From the IMG/VR virus record IMGVR_UViG_2806310659_000001, positions 13,142-77,141 of that record: a stretch of 64,000 nucleotides of DNA; one strand, given 5' to 3'. The stretch's first letter is position 1. Each line of letters starts with the position of its first letter. A model generated the notes under the pieces. It made no database searches, was not told the DNA's origin, and worked only from the letters and a program-made list of their open reading frames with translations. Position numbers and translations under genes: made by a program. Positions 15,867 through 25,883 of the stretch are shown in pieces. This DNA comes from a virus (Duplodnaviria > Caudoviricetes).

Positions 15867-16439
15867 TTAACTGGTGAAAGAGGGATCAAACGACCGAATT
15901 ACATCTGCGGCGGACATTTCCGTACCGCCATCATCGCCACTCGGGGTGACCTTGATCGTCCCATCCCGGGGTGGCTTCTTCTCGTTCTTCGGAAGCGCTT
16001 CCAAGAGAACGTCGATATCGGCGAGGATCTCTTCCTCTGATTCACCGCGGACACGATCCCAGAACTTGCGAGGGAGTTCCTTCTCGTCCGCCAGAGAGGC
16101 GACGAGCTTCTCGCGCTCGAATCCCTTGATCATGTTCTCCCGCTCCGCTAATGCGGCGGTCAGTTCTTGCAACTTTCTGTCGCGCTTTTCGTCCTCGGAC
16201 AGCTTCTCGCTCTCAAACTGGTGGACAATGCCCTCCAGTTCGGCGATGCGTGCCGTGGCCTTCTTTTCCGCGGCCTTCTCGGCGCGTGAAATCCGCCCTT
16301 TGATAGCGGCGTCGAACTCAGCCTGCGATGTGATCGGTTTGAACGACTCACTTGCATCGGACTCCACGTGGTTGCCCGATTCCTCTGTGGCGGTTTCGGC
16401 CGCCGGCGCAGACTCAGTAGTGCCAGTTTCTTCTGACAA
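15867..16439 (-). CDS. scaffolding protein
   Basis: Acidic coiled coil, FKPITSQAEFDAAIKGRI and RVRGESEEEILAD; upstream of the capsid. Confidence 0.85.
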   Translation of the reverse strand: MSEETGTTESAPAAETATEESGNHVESDASESFKPITSQAEFDAAIKGRISRAEKAAEKKATARIAELEGIVHQFESEKLSEDEKRDRKLQELTAALAERENMIKGFEREKLVASLADEKELPRKFWDRVRGESEEEILADIDVLLEALPKNEKKPPRDGTIKVTPSGDDGGTEMSAADVIRSFDPSFTS

Positions 16440-16499
16440 GGTGTATTTCCTTTGACCTGCCGTTATGCGTGGCAGTTAACGCTTCCTGGCTTGTGCCAG

Positions 16500-16757
16500 T
16501 TACTTGTGGTTCTTGCCCTCGGCGTCCCGCACCTGCTTTGCATGGGTGGCGGGCCAGATACCCAGGGCGTCGTGGTGGCGTTCGGCGCAGTACCCTTCCG
16601 GGTCTTTCACCTTGCCTTCGAGATGGGTGACGCAGCGGGCAAAGTCGCCGGGGGTTCCCCAGCCGATCTGGGCTGCGCCCTCGCCATGACTCCAGTACCA
16701 ACGAAGCCTGTCGGTCGCCTTGCGATCCGCGGGCGTTACGTTCTTCCCTGCGGTCAA
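16500..16757 (-). CDS. small head-region protein
   Basis: RLRWYW..GEGAAQIGWGTPGDFARC..GYCAERH motif seen in actinophage head clusters. Confidence 0.6.
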   Translation of the reverse strand: MTAGKNVTPADRKATDRLRWYWSHGEGAAQIGWGTPGDFARCVTHLEGKVKDPEGYCAERHHDALGIWPATHAKQVRDAEGKNHK

Positions 16758-16766
16758 GGCGTCCTC

Positions 16767-17756
16767 CTAGCTAGCATTTAGCTTCGCGATCGTGTCGTCA
16801 TAGAACTGAACTTGTGGGGAGTCCTCCCCGAACCCGAGATTGATAAGGCGCTCTCGGTTGGCGCGCACGTTGCCCAAGTCGACGACTGGGGCGTCTTCGT
16901 AGGGCGGGGGCGGGACGTAGCCACGGCGGAAAGCCTTGACGGCGTCCTTCCCGCTCGAATTGGCAGTGAGTTTGTCCCACTGAGCCTTGAAGTATTTGGC
17001 TCGCTCGTCCATCGAGTCCTCCGTGCGGAAGACTGGACGTAGCGAGCACTTGCAGTGGTCGTGCACCGCGGCGATGTTGTTGCCAAAGTGCTTACTGACC
17101 TCGATGAACGAGTCCTGCTTGTAGACGGCGCCCCGTGAGGCGAGCATTGCGCAGAAATAGCACGGATTGGAGTCCGTGAACCGCGCGTATCCGATCACCC
17201 TGCGTTCACGCCGGCTGGACAGTTCCGATTCCGGAACCACCTCGGCGAGCTGTGTGGACTGCCGAACGGCCTCGCGACCGCCCTCAGTAGCCTCTTTCAC
17301 GCCGGCGCCGGTGGATGTCGTCTTGGCGTTGGCCATCGTCTGCCGCTCGATGCCGGCGGTCATCTCTTCGTTGTTGAGCGCCAGTACCCGGGTCGCGTGT
17401 TTGATCGCGGCCGGCCCCGTTACGGTCATCGACGCCCGGACTGAATCTGCCGGGAACGGGATGTATGGCGTGGGGATTTGACCCGCGGTGGGGTCAATTG
17501 CCCACAGCGAGTGCTGGACGAACCGAGTTCCGAGAGTGACTGACTTGGTGAACTGCTTTTCGAGTTCCAGCATCGCTGCGTGCAACCACGGTGGCGTGCT
17601 GCCGTTGAGGTCAGCGAACTTCAGGATCGGAAACAGGATGCCGAGGCCGGCCGCGGTTTGGGCGGCCAGTGCCTCTTGGTCCATTTGGTGTTGGAAGGCC
17701 AGCCAGAGCGCCAAGTCCTGCAATGGTTGCGGCTGGCTCTGCTGGGGCTGGGTCAT
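16767..17756 (-). CDS. MuF-like minor capsid / capsid maturation protein
   Basis: GYARFTDSNPCYFCAMLASRGAVY and HDHCKC motifs; follows the portal. Confidence 0.8.
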   Translation of the reverse strand: MTQPQQSQPQPLQDLALWLAFQHQMDQEALAAQTAAGLGILFPILKFADLNGSTPPWLHAAMLELEKQFTKSVTLGTRFVQHSLWAIDPTAGQIPTPYIPFPADSVRASMTVTGPAAIKHATRVLALNNEEMTAGIERQTMANAKTTSTGAGVKEATEGGREAVRQSTQLAEVVPESELSSRRERRVIGYARFTDSNPCYFCAMLASRGAVYKQDSFIEVSKHFGNNIAAVHDHCKCSLRPVFRTEDSMDERAKYFKAQWDKLTANSSGKDAVKAFRRGYVPPPPYEDAPVVDLGNVRANRERLINLGFGEDSPQVQFYDDTIAKLNAS

Positions 17757-19177
17757 GCCGTCTGTACCGCCCGGTTACCGGGCTGCCGGTTCGGCTGGGG
17801 CGCGTTGGCACCCTCGCCGGCGGGGACAGGCTGGTTAACGCCCCAGTACTTGAGTTCCTTGTCCGTTGGATCGTCGGACTCGAAGTACTCATCCCACTCG
17901 GCGGCTTCCTCCTGCGTGGTGATCTTGCGCCACAGCGCGCGGGCGGGAGCACCCAGCAGGGCGTGGGCCTTACCCCAGGCATCGACGAGCTGGCCGAGGG
18001 AGCGCACGTCGGCGTCGATCCACGTCACGGAGGCGTGGTAGTCGTTGGCCGCGGCCTCATCACCCTCGATCCTGGCGCCGAGGCGCAGGAGCGTGTTGTG
18101 GCCGTCGCCGAATGTGACCTGGCGGGCTGCGATCTTGTTGCGGGTGTTGGCTCGCATCTGCTCCAGGGCGTCCGGACCGACGTTGGAGGCGCCGCCGCTC
18201 CAGTTCGGGGGGAGCTGGGCGGAGTCCTCAAGGTCGCTGAGGTCGCGCTCGTAGGCCTGGATGATGTCGCCCATGGGGGTCGCGTCCAGGGTTCCGAAGC
18301 GGCTTTCGACGCTCGTGCTGACCAGGGTTTCGGACTGGGAGAGCTGCTGGAGGAATTTATCCTGGCTCACGTCGGAGTCGGTGTTGTCCAGGCCGGTGGC
18401 CCAGCGCACGCGCCAACTGTTGAAGTGCTGAATCAGCAGGCGGTCAAATTTGGTCTTGTCCAGGCAGGAGGCGACGGAGATGAGGTCTTCGACCTCGCCC
18501 TTGATAATCCCGTCGAGGTCGATCGTGTTGACGTAGCGCACGATCGGCGTCACGCCGATGTTGTGCTCGGTCGTCGTAATGGGCGCGTTCTCGGGGAACA
18601 TGCCGAGCTTCGACATGGGGATGTCGTAGTACTCGTGGTCGTTATAGAAGCGGACCGTCGATCCGTTGGGCAAGATCTCCAGCGCGTACACCGGGTAGTC
18701 GTCGGCGACCTGGTCCTCGTAGAGGCCGAAGCAGCGCATCGGAGACAGGCCTCGAAGAACCGCCTTGGCGCCCTCCTCTTCGCCGGGCAGTGCGCGGCCG
18801 AAGGCGAAGCCGTACCGCAGTGCGGCGCGGTGGATGGACATTTGGCGTGCGTGCATCCGGTTGGCGTTCCAGGTCTCCCACGGGCCGGCGACGTTTCCTG
18901 TCGAGCCCTGGGTGCGGTAACCGTCGACCAATAGCGTCTGGGTGAAGGCCTCGACCACCAGGGCGAGCCAGGGGGTCTTGGCGAGGTTCATCAGCGCCCG
19001 CTTCTCCTTGCTCGCGTGAGCGGGGACAAGGAACTCGGGCTTGTTGATGTTGCGCGACCAGGCGTGGATGTATTCCAGCCGCTGTCGCTGCTTCTCGAAG
19101 TGCTCCCACACGACATCGTTCAGGTACTGCCTGACGTTGGAGGCGTTGATGTCGGCCGGGATCTCAATGCTGGCCAT
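17753..19177 (-). CDS. portal protein (SPP1 gp6-like)
   Basis: 474 aa, WETWNANRM..Q..IHRAALRYG and HNIGVTPIVRY motifs; follows TerL. Confidence 0.9.
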   Translation of the reverse strand: MASIEIPADINASNVRQYLNDVVWEHFEKQRQRLEYIHAWSRNINKPEFLVPAHASKEKRALMNLAKTPWLALVVEAFTQTLLVDGYRTQGSTGNVAGPWETWNANRMHARQMSIHRAALRYGFAFGRALPGEEEGAKAVLRGLSPMRCFGLYEDQVADDYPVYALEILPNGSTVRFYNDHEYYDIPMSKLGMFPENAPITTTEHNIGVTPIVRYVNTIDLDGIIKGEVEDLISVASCLDKTKFDRLLIQHFNSWRVRWATGLDNTDSDVSQDKFLQQLSQSETLVSTSVESRFGTLDATPMGDIIQAYERDLSDLEDSAQLPPNWSGGASNVGPDALEQMRANTRNKIAARQVTFGDGHNTLLRLGARIEGDEAAANDYHASVTWIDADVRSLGQLVDAWGKAHALLGAPARALWRKITTQEEAAEWDEYFESDDPTDKELKYWGVNQPVPAGEGANAPQPNRQPGNRAVQTA

Positions 19178-20676
19178 CAGGAGACCCCACCGATCAGTAG
19201 GCGCCCCGGCTTTTTGGTGTTCAGGGTTTCTTCAACTCCTTCAAGAGTCAGAGCGCGGTTCGCATAGGAACACGCCACAATCCCGGTGATGTCGATGGAG
19301 GTGGACTTGCGTAGCCAGCCCCAGCCCCCGACAAAGTCGGGATTGCCGATGTTGTATTTGGAGGCACCCGCGAGGCCGGCCAGAAGTGCCGGATCGTCGA
19401 TGTGGGTGACCTGCGCCCCGTAGATGTCGTCCTCGAACTGCATCGTCGCGTGCGCAACGTCGGTGGTGCCGAAGTACTTGACCTTGTAACCGATCTGCTC
19501 CAGCTCGGGTCCAAAGACGCCGGCCTGTCCGCCAAGTTGCACGACGGCGACCTTGGGCGGGTTGGAGGAGGTGATCAGTTTCTGGGCGGTCGGGATAATC
19601 CAGTTGGTCCCCGAGTCCGCGGCGACAACCTCGACGTGCCGGCGGCCATCGGGCCACCATTCGGCAATCGCAATCGAGCCCCGCTGGCGGTCCGGTGACA
19701 CGTCCACGCAGATTGCGCGGTTGAGTCCGTCATCCGGCGCCATGTCGACCGTGCAGTTCTTCCACGCATTCAAGTCGATGATCGCGCTCATGGCCGGGTC
19801 GTCCCACATGCCAAGGTGCTCGCGGGCGAACTCCTTGATGCCGAGCTTGTGCTCGTACTCTTCCCGCAGGAAGTCGACCGGGCAGATGCCACGGACACCC
19901 AGTGACGGGTTGGCCCGCTTCCAGTTCTCGAAGTCGTGCGGGTCTGACCCCTCTTCGCAGGACCATTCGGCGAACATGAGGCTCGCTTCCGGGTCCGGAT
20001 TGGCGTGCAGCAGCTTCCCGCGCTCGCGGATACGGATCAGGACTTCGGAGCCCTCGGTGCCGGCCGACGTGGTGTACCACGTTTGCGGATTGATCGAGGC
20101 CTGCTGAAGCGATGACAGGGAGCCCATCATCACGTCCTCAAGGGCGAAAGCCTCGTCGAGGACCATCAGATCAATCTTCGTTCGACCACGCTTAGCGTTC
20201 TTCCCGCGGGCCACGTAGTGGATGAATCCGGCCTTCTTGTTGCCCTTGGTCGGGTCGTGGCGAATCGACATCTCTGCGGCGCCCGTTTTGTGGGGCGTAA
20301 TGCACTCGTCTTCAAGCTCCTCGCAGTTGCCAATGAAGGTGGTCAACTCGCGAAAAGCGTCGCGTGCAGTGTCGAACTCGTGGGCGGAGTGCATGATGCG
20401 CTCGCCGAGCAGGAATAGGCCGGCCAATTGGCGGGCATAGACGCAAACGTTCTTGCCGTTCTGCCGCGGCGCGATCAGAAGAACCGATTTGGCGCACCAG
20501 CGGGTGTCGACGTTCTGCCCCATCGACTTGCGAACGATCATTTCCTCCCACGGGAGGAGTTCGAGACCGCAAATGCCAGCTAGGTCGATCGCGTCGTCGC
20601 CGAGAGTGGTGAAGTATGCAGGGTAGTGTTCGAGGCGCGGGGTCTGATATCCAATCAGACCGTCCATGGCACCCAT
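19177..20676 (-). CDS. terminase large subunit
   Basis: Walker A APRQNGK, Walker B MVLDEA, TTSAG, W..ANPSLG, nuclease CVDVSPD. Confidence 0.95.
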   Translation of the reverse strand: MGAMDGLIGYQTPRLEHYPAYFTTLGDDAIDLAGICGLELLPWEEMIVRKSMGQNVDTRWCAKSVLLIAPRQNGKNVCVYARQLAGLFLLGERIMHSAHEFDTARDAFRELTTFIGNCEELEDECITPHKTGAAEMSIRHDPTKGNKKAGFIHYVARGKNAKRGRTKIDLMVLDEAFALEDVMMGSLSSLQQASINPQTWYTTSAGTEGSEVLIRIRERGKLLHANPDPEASLMFAEWSCEEGSDPHDFENWKRANPSLGVRGICPVDFLREEYEHKLGIKEFAREHLGMWDDPAMSAIIDLNAWKNCTVDMAPDDGLNRAICVDVSPDRQRGSIAIAEWWPDGRRHVEVVAADSGTNWIIPTAQKLITSSNPPKVAVVQLGGQAGVFGPELEQIGYKVKYFGTTDVAHATMQFEDDIYGAQVTHIDDPALLAGLAGASKYNIGNPDFVGGWGWLRKSTSIDITGIVACSYANRALTLEGVEETLNTKKPGRLLIGGVS

Positions 20677-20730
20677 GGCGCGTCAGGCTCGATGGTAAGG
20701 AAGCCGACCTCTGTGTATTCGTCGGGCCAT

Positions 20731-21081
20731 TCACTGTCCTGCGGCACGCTTCTCCCTCTTTTCCCGCTGCTCGGCCAGGCGATCGGCCACTGAGACCTTC
20801 TCGCCGGCAGTTGGCAGCTCCTTGAAGCCCATCCGGGTCAAGATGGCGGACAACGCGGCCAACTGCTGACGCTGCTCAGGGATCAGGGGATTGATGATCT
20901 CTGTTCCCTGCTTGTTCACGTCAGTGAGGCCGCGACGCGGGATCTCTTTGTCTATTTCGTCCAAGCGGTCGGCAATCCGGCAGGCATTCAGGAGGAGAGT
21001 CTTGTGCGGGACCGAAAGTTCCCGGTCTTTACTGACCTCATCCCATAATGCTTGGCCGGCTTCCCCGAGGCCGTCCGTCAA
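20731..21081 (-). CDS. terminase small subunit (P27-like)
   Basis: LGEAGQALW..LLNACRIADRLDE..INPLIPEQRQQ; directly upstream of TerL. Confidence 0.85.
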   Translation of the reverse strand: MTDGLGEAGQALWDEVSKDRELSVPHKTLLLNACRIADRLDEIDKEIPRRGLTDVNKQGTEIINPLIPEQRQQLAALSAILTRMGFKELPTAGEKVSVADRLAEQREKREKRAAGQ

Positions 21082-21103
21082 TGGAACCTCCTGGTTTGTC
21101 GGG

Positions 21104-22762
21104 CTACTTCGTCAGTTGAACGACGAAATAGCTGGAATGATCGAAGGTGTAGACCCGCAGCACGTCAACCTCATTCGGCAAGGTGGTCAACGACAGCGGA
21201 ACAGGAACGGCATAGGCATTTTCGGGCAGCGTTACCGTCCCGGGCGCTCCAGAGCCGGGCTGAATGAGCAGAAGGTCGTAGACCGCGTGACCAGTAAGGC
21301 CAGTGTTCTCAAAGGTGAGCGTGTTGTTGCCGTTGGCGAGCTGAGTGATAAAGGCATTGCCGCTCTCCAGGTGGACCGTGCCGTTATCAACGAAACCGGC
21401 GCCACCGGACATCGCGCCGCCATAGGAGAGGGTCTGCGGTGAGACCATCCGCCCGAATGTGGCGTCGATATTCCTGAACCCGGCGAAGCTGAACCAGCCA
21501 TGCTGTGTGCCGGCGGTCCAGTCGCTAAAGCCGGTGACACGGAAGAAGTTGATGATGCCGCTGGCCCAGATGAAGGCGCCTGCGCCGAGGTTCAGCGTGA
21601 CGTGCCCCGGAGTAGCACTTTCCGCCATGCCACCGTTCTCGATTCCAATGAACAATTGGCAGGTTTCAATCCGCGCCGTGTCCGAATCGGTGGCGCCAAC
21701 GGTGAGGGCCACGCCCGTATTGGTATCGGAGGCCGTCAAGGTCTCATTGCGGGTGCCGAAGCCGCCACTGGCGTGGCAGTTGTAGCAGTTTCCGCGGATG
21801 GTCAAAGACGAATGGGTCATGATGCCGTTGCGGATGACAACGCCGTTCTGGTTGGCGTATGCCTTGATCGTGAACGACCAGTCACTATAGGAGAAACTGG
21901 GGTCTCCAGTCACGCTGTGCTCGAAGACCACCGCGGTGTCGCAGTTGTCGATCGTGGCGGCGCATTGGGCGCGCTCGCTGAGCTGCTTGGTGTTCTCCAG
22001 TCGGATTCCCACGCAGCCCGCCGCGGCAAAGTCGCAAATCCACACATCGCGGATACGCATGTTGTAAAGGTCGCCGGCATGGATACCGGTGCTGTTGGCG
22101 CCGGCGGAGAAGCCCATGATCTTCAGGCCCGAGATGAGGCCGGTCTTTGAGGGCGGGAAGATCGTATCCGGATCGTAGAGTCGAATGCAGTCGCCCGTCC
22201 CTACCCAGTCAAGTGTCGTCTGCTCGATGCCCTGCCCCTTGAGGGCCTGGTTTCCGGCGAGGGTAATCGTTTGGGAGAGGGTGTACTTACCGATGCCGAA
22301 TTGCAGAATGCCCGGGCTCGACCCCATCGCGTCCAGCGCCGCCGCTACCGCGGCGTCCGAATGCACGGTCCCCGTGGCGTCGGCGCCAAAGCTGTCCACG
22401 TGGTATATCCGGGCCTCCTCGCCCTCACCGACCTCCACGGCGCCGTCGTGCGACCAGTAGAGAGCGCGGGCGACCTTGCGGACCTCGAAAATGACCTGCT
22501 GTCCGCGGCTCGACAATGTCACCGGAGCAGCGCTGCCGTCCAGGAAGGCGTCACCCGGCGCCGGCGAAATAGACACGGCATTGGCGGAGCCGTCCACCTT
22601 GCGAACCACTACGGTGTCGCCCGGGCGGACGCTCGACAAGTTCGGCAGTGCCGGCGAAAGGGGGCCGGCCGATGCGTCGTACGGATTGACCAAGCCAGCG
22701 AATGGCGGGGTGGATGTCGAGCGGACTGAAGTAGTACCTAAACGGTCAACCTGAGCTGTCAA
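21104..22762 (-). CDS. pectate-lyase-like beta-helix protein (tail spike / depolymerase-like)
   Basis: YHVDSFGADATG..SDAAVAAAL..GKYTLSQTITL..LKGQG Pectate_lyase_3-type N-motif followed by beta-helix-like repeats. Confidence 0.7.
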   Translation of the reverse strand: MTAQVDRLGTTSVRSTSTPPFAGLVNPYDASAGPLSPALPNLSSVRPGDTVVVRKVDGSANAVSISPAPGDAFLDGSAAPVTLSSRGQQVIFEVRKVARALYWSHDGAVEVGEGEEARIYHVDSFGADATGTVHSDAAVAAALDAMGSSPGILQFGIGKYTLSQTITLAGNQALKGQGIEQTTLDWVGTGDCIRLYDPDTIFPPSKTGLISGLKIMGFSAGANSTGIHAGDLYNMRIRDVWICDFAAAGCVGIRLENTKQLSERAQCAATIDNCDTAVVFEHSVTGDPSFSYSDWSFTIKAYANQNGVVIRNGIMTHSSLTIRGNCYNCHASGGFGTRNETLTASDTNTGVALTVGATDSDTARIETCQLFIGIENGGMAESATPGHVTLNLGAGAFIWASGIINFFRVTGFSDWTAGTQHGWFSFAGFRNIDATFGRMVSPQTLSYGGAMSGGAGFVDNGTVHLESGNAFITQLANGNNTLTFENTGLTGHAVYDLLLIQPGSGAPGTVTLPENAYAVPVPLSLTTLPNEVDVLRVYTFDHSSYFVVQLTK

Positions 22763-22844
22763 GGGGGGACCTCTTTCGGGTCATTGGGGGCTGAATTGAC
22801 AGCCGATTTCCCGGGAAAATCTGGTGGAGAGAGAGCGGGCGCTG

Positions 22845-22854
22845 TGCGGATCGA
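22845..22854 (-). other. candidate cos (3' single-strand overhang) site
   Basis: Minus strand TCGATCCGCA in the only intergenic gap between the left and right arms; flanked by GGGTACCC and TCTCTCTCC; P27-type TerS plus HNH suggest cos packaging. Confidence 0.35.
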
Positions 22855-23074
22855 GGCGGGCGCGCTGGGCGCGGAGGGGTACCCGCCAGGGGTGGTGACC
22901 ATCTACCTGCACGGATGGTCGCAATGGCCTCTCATTTGCCCGCTGGCGCACGTTCAGGCGTTGCCCTTGTCATCGGTCATGCCCATCCCTATTCGTCGCT
23001 GTGTGTGCATGGGCAGAGCGTTGTGCGGTAGGTACTGATTGCATGATGTGTTGAAAGAATTTCTTGCGTATGAG

Positions 23075-23104
23075 TTGACACATACCCATGCATGGGCGTA
23101 GTGT
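23075..23104 (+). promoter_or_regulatory. SigA-type promoter with palindromic spacer
   Basis: TTGACA-18 nt-TAGTGT; spacer contains CCCATGCATGGG; ATG 7 nt downstream suggests a leaderless mRNA. Confidence 0.75.
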
Positions 23105-23111
23105 CCTATGC

Positions 23112-23321
23112 ATGAGCACCAAGAGCGCGCGAGACCTACGAGCTGGCGACGTGGTACAGGTCAATGCACAGACCGCATGGCGTATCACCGAGATCACCCG
23201 TCTCACCGACAAGGCGATCAGCTACAACGCAACGTATGTGCAATGCGACTGGTCGCCAGCACGGATCGGCACTACGGTCACGTACAGGCATCGACTCGGT
23301 ACACAGGTGGTCGTGCGATGA
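23112..23321 (+). CDS. hypothetical protein (SH3-like, probably leaderless)
   Basis: KSARDLRAGDVV motif; begins at the predicted transcription start. Confidence 0.65.
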   Translation: MSTKSARDLRAGDVVQVNAQTAWRITEITRLTDKAISYNATYVQCDWSPARIGTTVTYRHRLGTQVVVR

Positions 23322-23449
23322 CCGCCACTATCCGCGAGATCAAGCCCCAAGAGTTTGTGATCCGCTATGACGGGCACACACTGAGGCAGCACTACTTCAC
23401 ACGCCCGGCCGCTGAGTATGCGGCAGCACAGTTAGGGGTTATGCGATGA
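23318..23449 (+). CDS. small hypothetical protein
   Basis: ATGA overlaps at both ends. Confidence 0.5.
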   Translation: MTATIREIKPQEFVIRYDGHTLRQHYFTRPAAEYAAAQLGVMR

Positions 23450-23694
23450 ACGTTTCACACACCATCACGATTACAGATGACCGCGACGGTTGCACCTACA
23501 CCCGCGACTACATCAACTCGGCCGACTGGTCGCACGACGTACACGACATGCTGGGCATTGTTCTGCCGGGCGTTGTCCCCCACTTCGCAGACCTCCGTAA
23601 TTCCTACGGTGGCGGCGAGGCTAGCGGGCCGCTATTCGACGCTGATGGCGTTATCGTGGGCCGCTACGAATCCAAAGACTTGGGCACCAAGTAA
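23446..23694 (+). CDS. hypothetical protein
   Basis: ATGA overlap; 82 aa. Confidence 0.6.
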   Translation: MNVSHTITITDDRDGCTYTRDYINSADWSHDVHDMLGIVLPGVVPHFADLRNSYGGGEASGPLFDADGVIVGRYESKDLGTK

Positions 23695-23718
23695 CCACAA
23701 CCACGGAGGGGTAACACC

Positions 23719-23835
23719 ATGTCACAGCAAGCCACCCGGTTACGTCGCAAGTACACGCGGGCACAGATACGGACGGATCTTAATGCGCGGGAGTATGCGC
23801 GGGAGGTTTACTACTACCAGAGGAAGGCGGTTTAG
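23719..23835 (+). CDS. small basic protein (38 aa, below ORF-track cutoff)
   Basis: CCACGGAGGGG RBS; MSQQATRLRRKYTRAQIRTDLNAREYAREVYYYQRKAV. Confidence 0.55.
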   Translation: MSQQATRLRRKYTRAQIRTDLNAREYAREVYYYQRKAV

Positions 23836-23838
23836 CCC

Positions 23839-24069
23839 ATGGACCCGAATGCAACGCTCGAAATGATCCGCGAACAACTCAAGGCCTTCTATGCGGAGCG
23901 CGATGCGGAGTTCGACGCTATCGCACTGGCCGACATGGTGGCAGCGCTAGATGACTGGTTGTCGCGCGGCGGTTTCCTGCCGGACGCATGGAAGGGTCAA
24001 ACCTACTCGCGGCCAGATATCGTTAACGGTACCGGCTGGACACGCGGTGCGCGCTTTAGGCAGGTCTGA
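23839..24069 (+). CDS. hypothetical protein
   Basis: MDPNATL..LDDWLSRGGFLPDAW pattern common in actinophage small genes. Confidence 0.7.
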   Translation: MDPNATLEMIREQLKAFYAERDAEFDAIALADMVAALDDWLSRGGFLPDAWKGQTYSRPDIVNGTGWTRGARFRQV

Positions 24070-24070
24070 C

Positions 24071-24202
24071 ATGTCCTACCTCGCCCGCTACTCAGTAGCC
24101 ATCTTCGCCATTGCGTCGGCATTGTTCGGCCTCGGCATGGGTGCGAGCGGCATAGACCAGCTCGCGCAGTATCAACACCAGCATCCCGAAATATCAATCT
24201 GA
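24071..24202 (+). CDS. small membrane peptide
   Basis: One hydrophobic helix; tight gene packing. Confidence 0.45.
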   Translation: MSYLARYSVAIFAIASALFGLGMGASGIDQLAQYQHQHPEISI

Positions 24203-24234
24203 GCACTACCCCCACGGAATAGGGAGTTAGAACC

Positions 24235-24552
24235 ATGGCACGGCAGCACACTACCGGCAGTATTTGCGTTGACTGCCTCATGTTGACGGCTAACGGTGAA
24301 ATGCCGCCCGACCTTACCGAGTCGCAGTGTCACAATTACGTACGAGCAATCGAGTCGCATCCCAACTACGGGGCAGAGATGACGCTAGGTCACCTGCACG
24401 ATAGCCCTGACGCTCAGTGCTGGCACGCTGGCGAAGAATGCGGGGATGACTGCGAGTGTGAGCGGACTACGTTTAGCTCACGCGAGTGCGACGTGTGCGG
24501 CTCAGACTTGGCCGGCGAACGCCACGACGTGACATTTTGGTGGGACGAATGA
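24235..24552 (+). CDS. Cys-rich hypothetical protein
   Basis: CVDC and FSSRECDVCGSDLAGERH; strong RBS. Confidence 0.7.
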   Translation: MARQHTTGSICVDCLMLTANGEMPPDLTESQCHNYVRAIESHPNYGAEMTLGHLHDSPDAQCWHAGEECGDDCECERTTFSSRECDVCGSDLAGERHDVTFWWDE

Positions 24553-24767
24553 CCGCCATGTCCGAGCTAGCCACAGAGCTAGACCTTAACTGGATCGAGA
24601 CCCATGATGGTTACGAACACATCAGCGGTGAATACGTCATGCTGTGGTGGAACAGTAACCGGGAGAATGTGAGCCTTTACCGCATGGTGAGGGGTGAGCT
24701 GCGATTGCTTGACAGCGGCAGCGTGTCGGACGCGCTCGCGGTGGTGCGATGGGAGTCGGGACGGTGA
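24549..24767 (+). CDS. hypothetical protein
   Basis: ATGA overlap. Confidence 0.55.
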   Translation: MTAMSELATELDLNWIETHDGYEHISGEYVMLWWNSNRENVSLYRMVRGELRLLDSGSVSDALAVVRWESGR

Positions 24768-25025
24768 TTGAACGCGGTAGGACGGTTCATGTTCGTAACA
24801 CGCGGCCGAGCGGGTGGGTCGGCACTGTCCGGTCACTGACCGGGACGACGTACACGATTGTCGCGCCGAATGGCGCGCGGAAGTTTGTCGACTACACGAG
24901 GCAGGAGGTTACAGCGCTGTGACGAAGTTTCTGGTGTCGCTGATGATTGGGTGCGTCATTGCCATCGCGGCATTGCCAAGTGATCAAGAGCTGGCCAGTG
25001 TGCCGGCCTATTCGGAGGAGCAACC

Positions 25026-25439
25026 ATGACCGATCAGACGCTTAACGACCAGATGGAATTCGGCCGTGTTATCCAAGTCCACGCGGACGGTACCGTTACC
25101 CACCCGAAGGGCGTTTACGGCCCCGAAGTTGTCTATGTAGAGCTGGACAGTGACGGGCAGATGATCGGCAGTGACAGCCGCGACGGAACCGATGTGCTCG
25201 TGGACAGGTGGGACGGCTGGGAGTACATGCAGGGCTATACCGGACAGTATCTGAGTACTAGCCGAAGTTTCATCATGCATGCGTCCGAATATATCGGCGG
25301 ACGAATGGAGCGCGACATACTGGCGCGGCCGGGCTATTACGTCGCGGTGGTCGTTGACGGCCTGCCGCCTACGGAGGAGTTCAACCCTAACGAGGATTAC
25401 AACGTAGGCTGGGCTGTCGCATATCAGCGTATGCCTTGA
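25026..25439 (+). CDS. hypothetical protein
   Basis: GGAGGAG RBS; 137 aa. Confidence 0.75.
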   Translation: MTDQTLNDQMEFGRVIQVHADGTVTHPKGVYGPEVVYVELDSDGQMIGSDSRDGTDVLVDRWDGWEYMQGYTGQYLSTSRSFIMHASEYIGGRMERDILARPGYYVAVVVDGLPPTEEFNPNEDYNVGWAVAYQRMP

Positions 25440-25464
25440 CACATACGCACCTATCTACTACCAT
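25436..25464 (+). promoter_or_regulatory. SigA-type promoter
   Basis: TTGACA-17 nt-TACCAT; shares TTGACACATAC with the promoter at 23075. Confidence 0.7.
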
Positions 25465-25498
25465 CAGAGATACCAACACCACGGAAGGGTGACAGACA

Positions 25499-25870
25499 AT
25501 GAGTGAACGAGACCGCGAAATACTCGCAAAGCACGTTGAGGGCACGGCCAACACCATTCGCCAGTATGTAGACATACTGGAAGGCGAATCATCGCCAGCC
25601 GGCCGAGAGGCTATTTACGCGCTGGCGCACGATGAGGGCGTAGACCCCGACGACTTCGACTACACGGAGTCATTGCAGGAATGGCCGCTCGAAATCGTTG
25701 ACGAGCGCGGCCGAGAGTTCGCCGTGGTCCTGTCAACAGGCGGTCCGCATGTCGAGGTAGTGGCGGACGGTCTGTCTAGCCCGCGCCTTGAGGGCTATTG
25801 GGGCGGTGAGCGGGTTACCCGTTACGGCGACTACCTGAGCACGTTTCTCGACTACTTTATTGAGCGCTAG
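25499..25870 (+). CDS. acidic hypothetical protein
   Basis: PLEI..VVLSTGGP..EGYWGG pattern of phage early proteins; RBS present. Confidence 0.75.
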   Translation: MSERDREILAKHVEGTANTIRQYVDILEGESSPAGREAIYALAHDEGVDPDDFDYTESLQEWPLEIVDERGREFAVVLSTGGPHVEVVADGLSSPRLEGYWGGERVTRYGDYLSTFLDYFIER

Positions 25871-25883
25871 GGAGGTTTTAACG

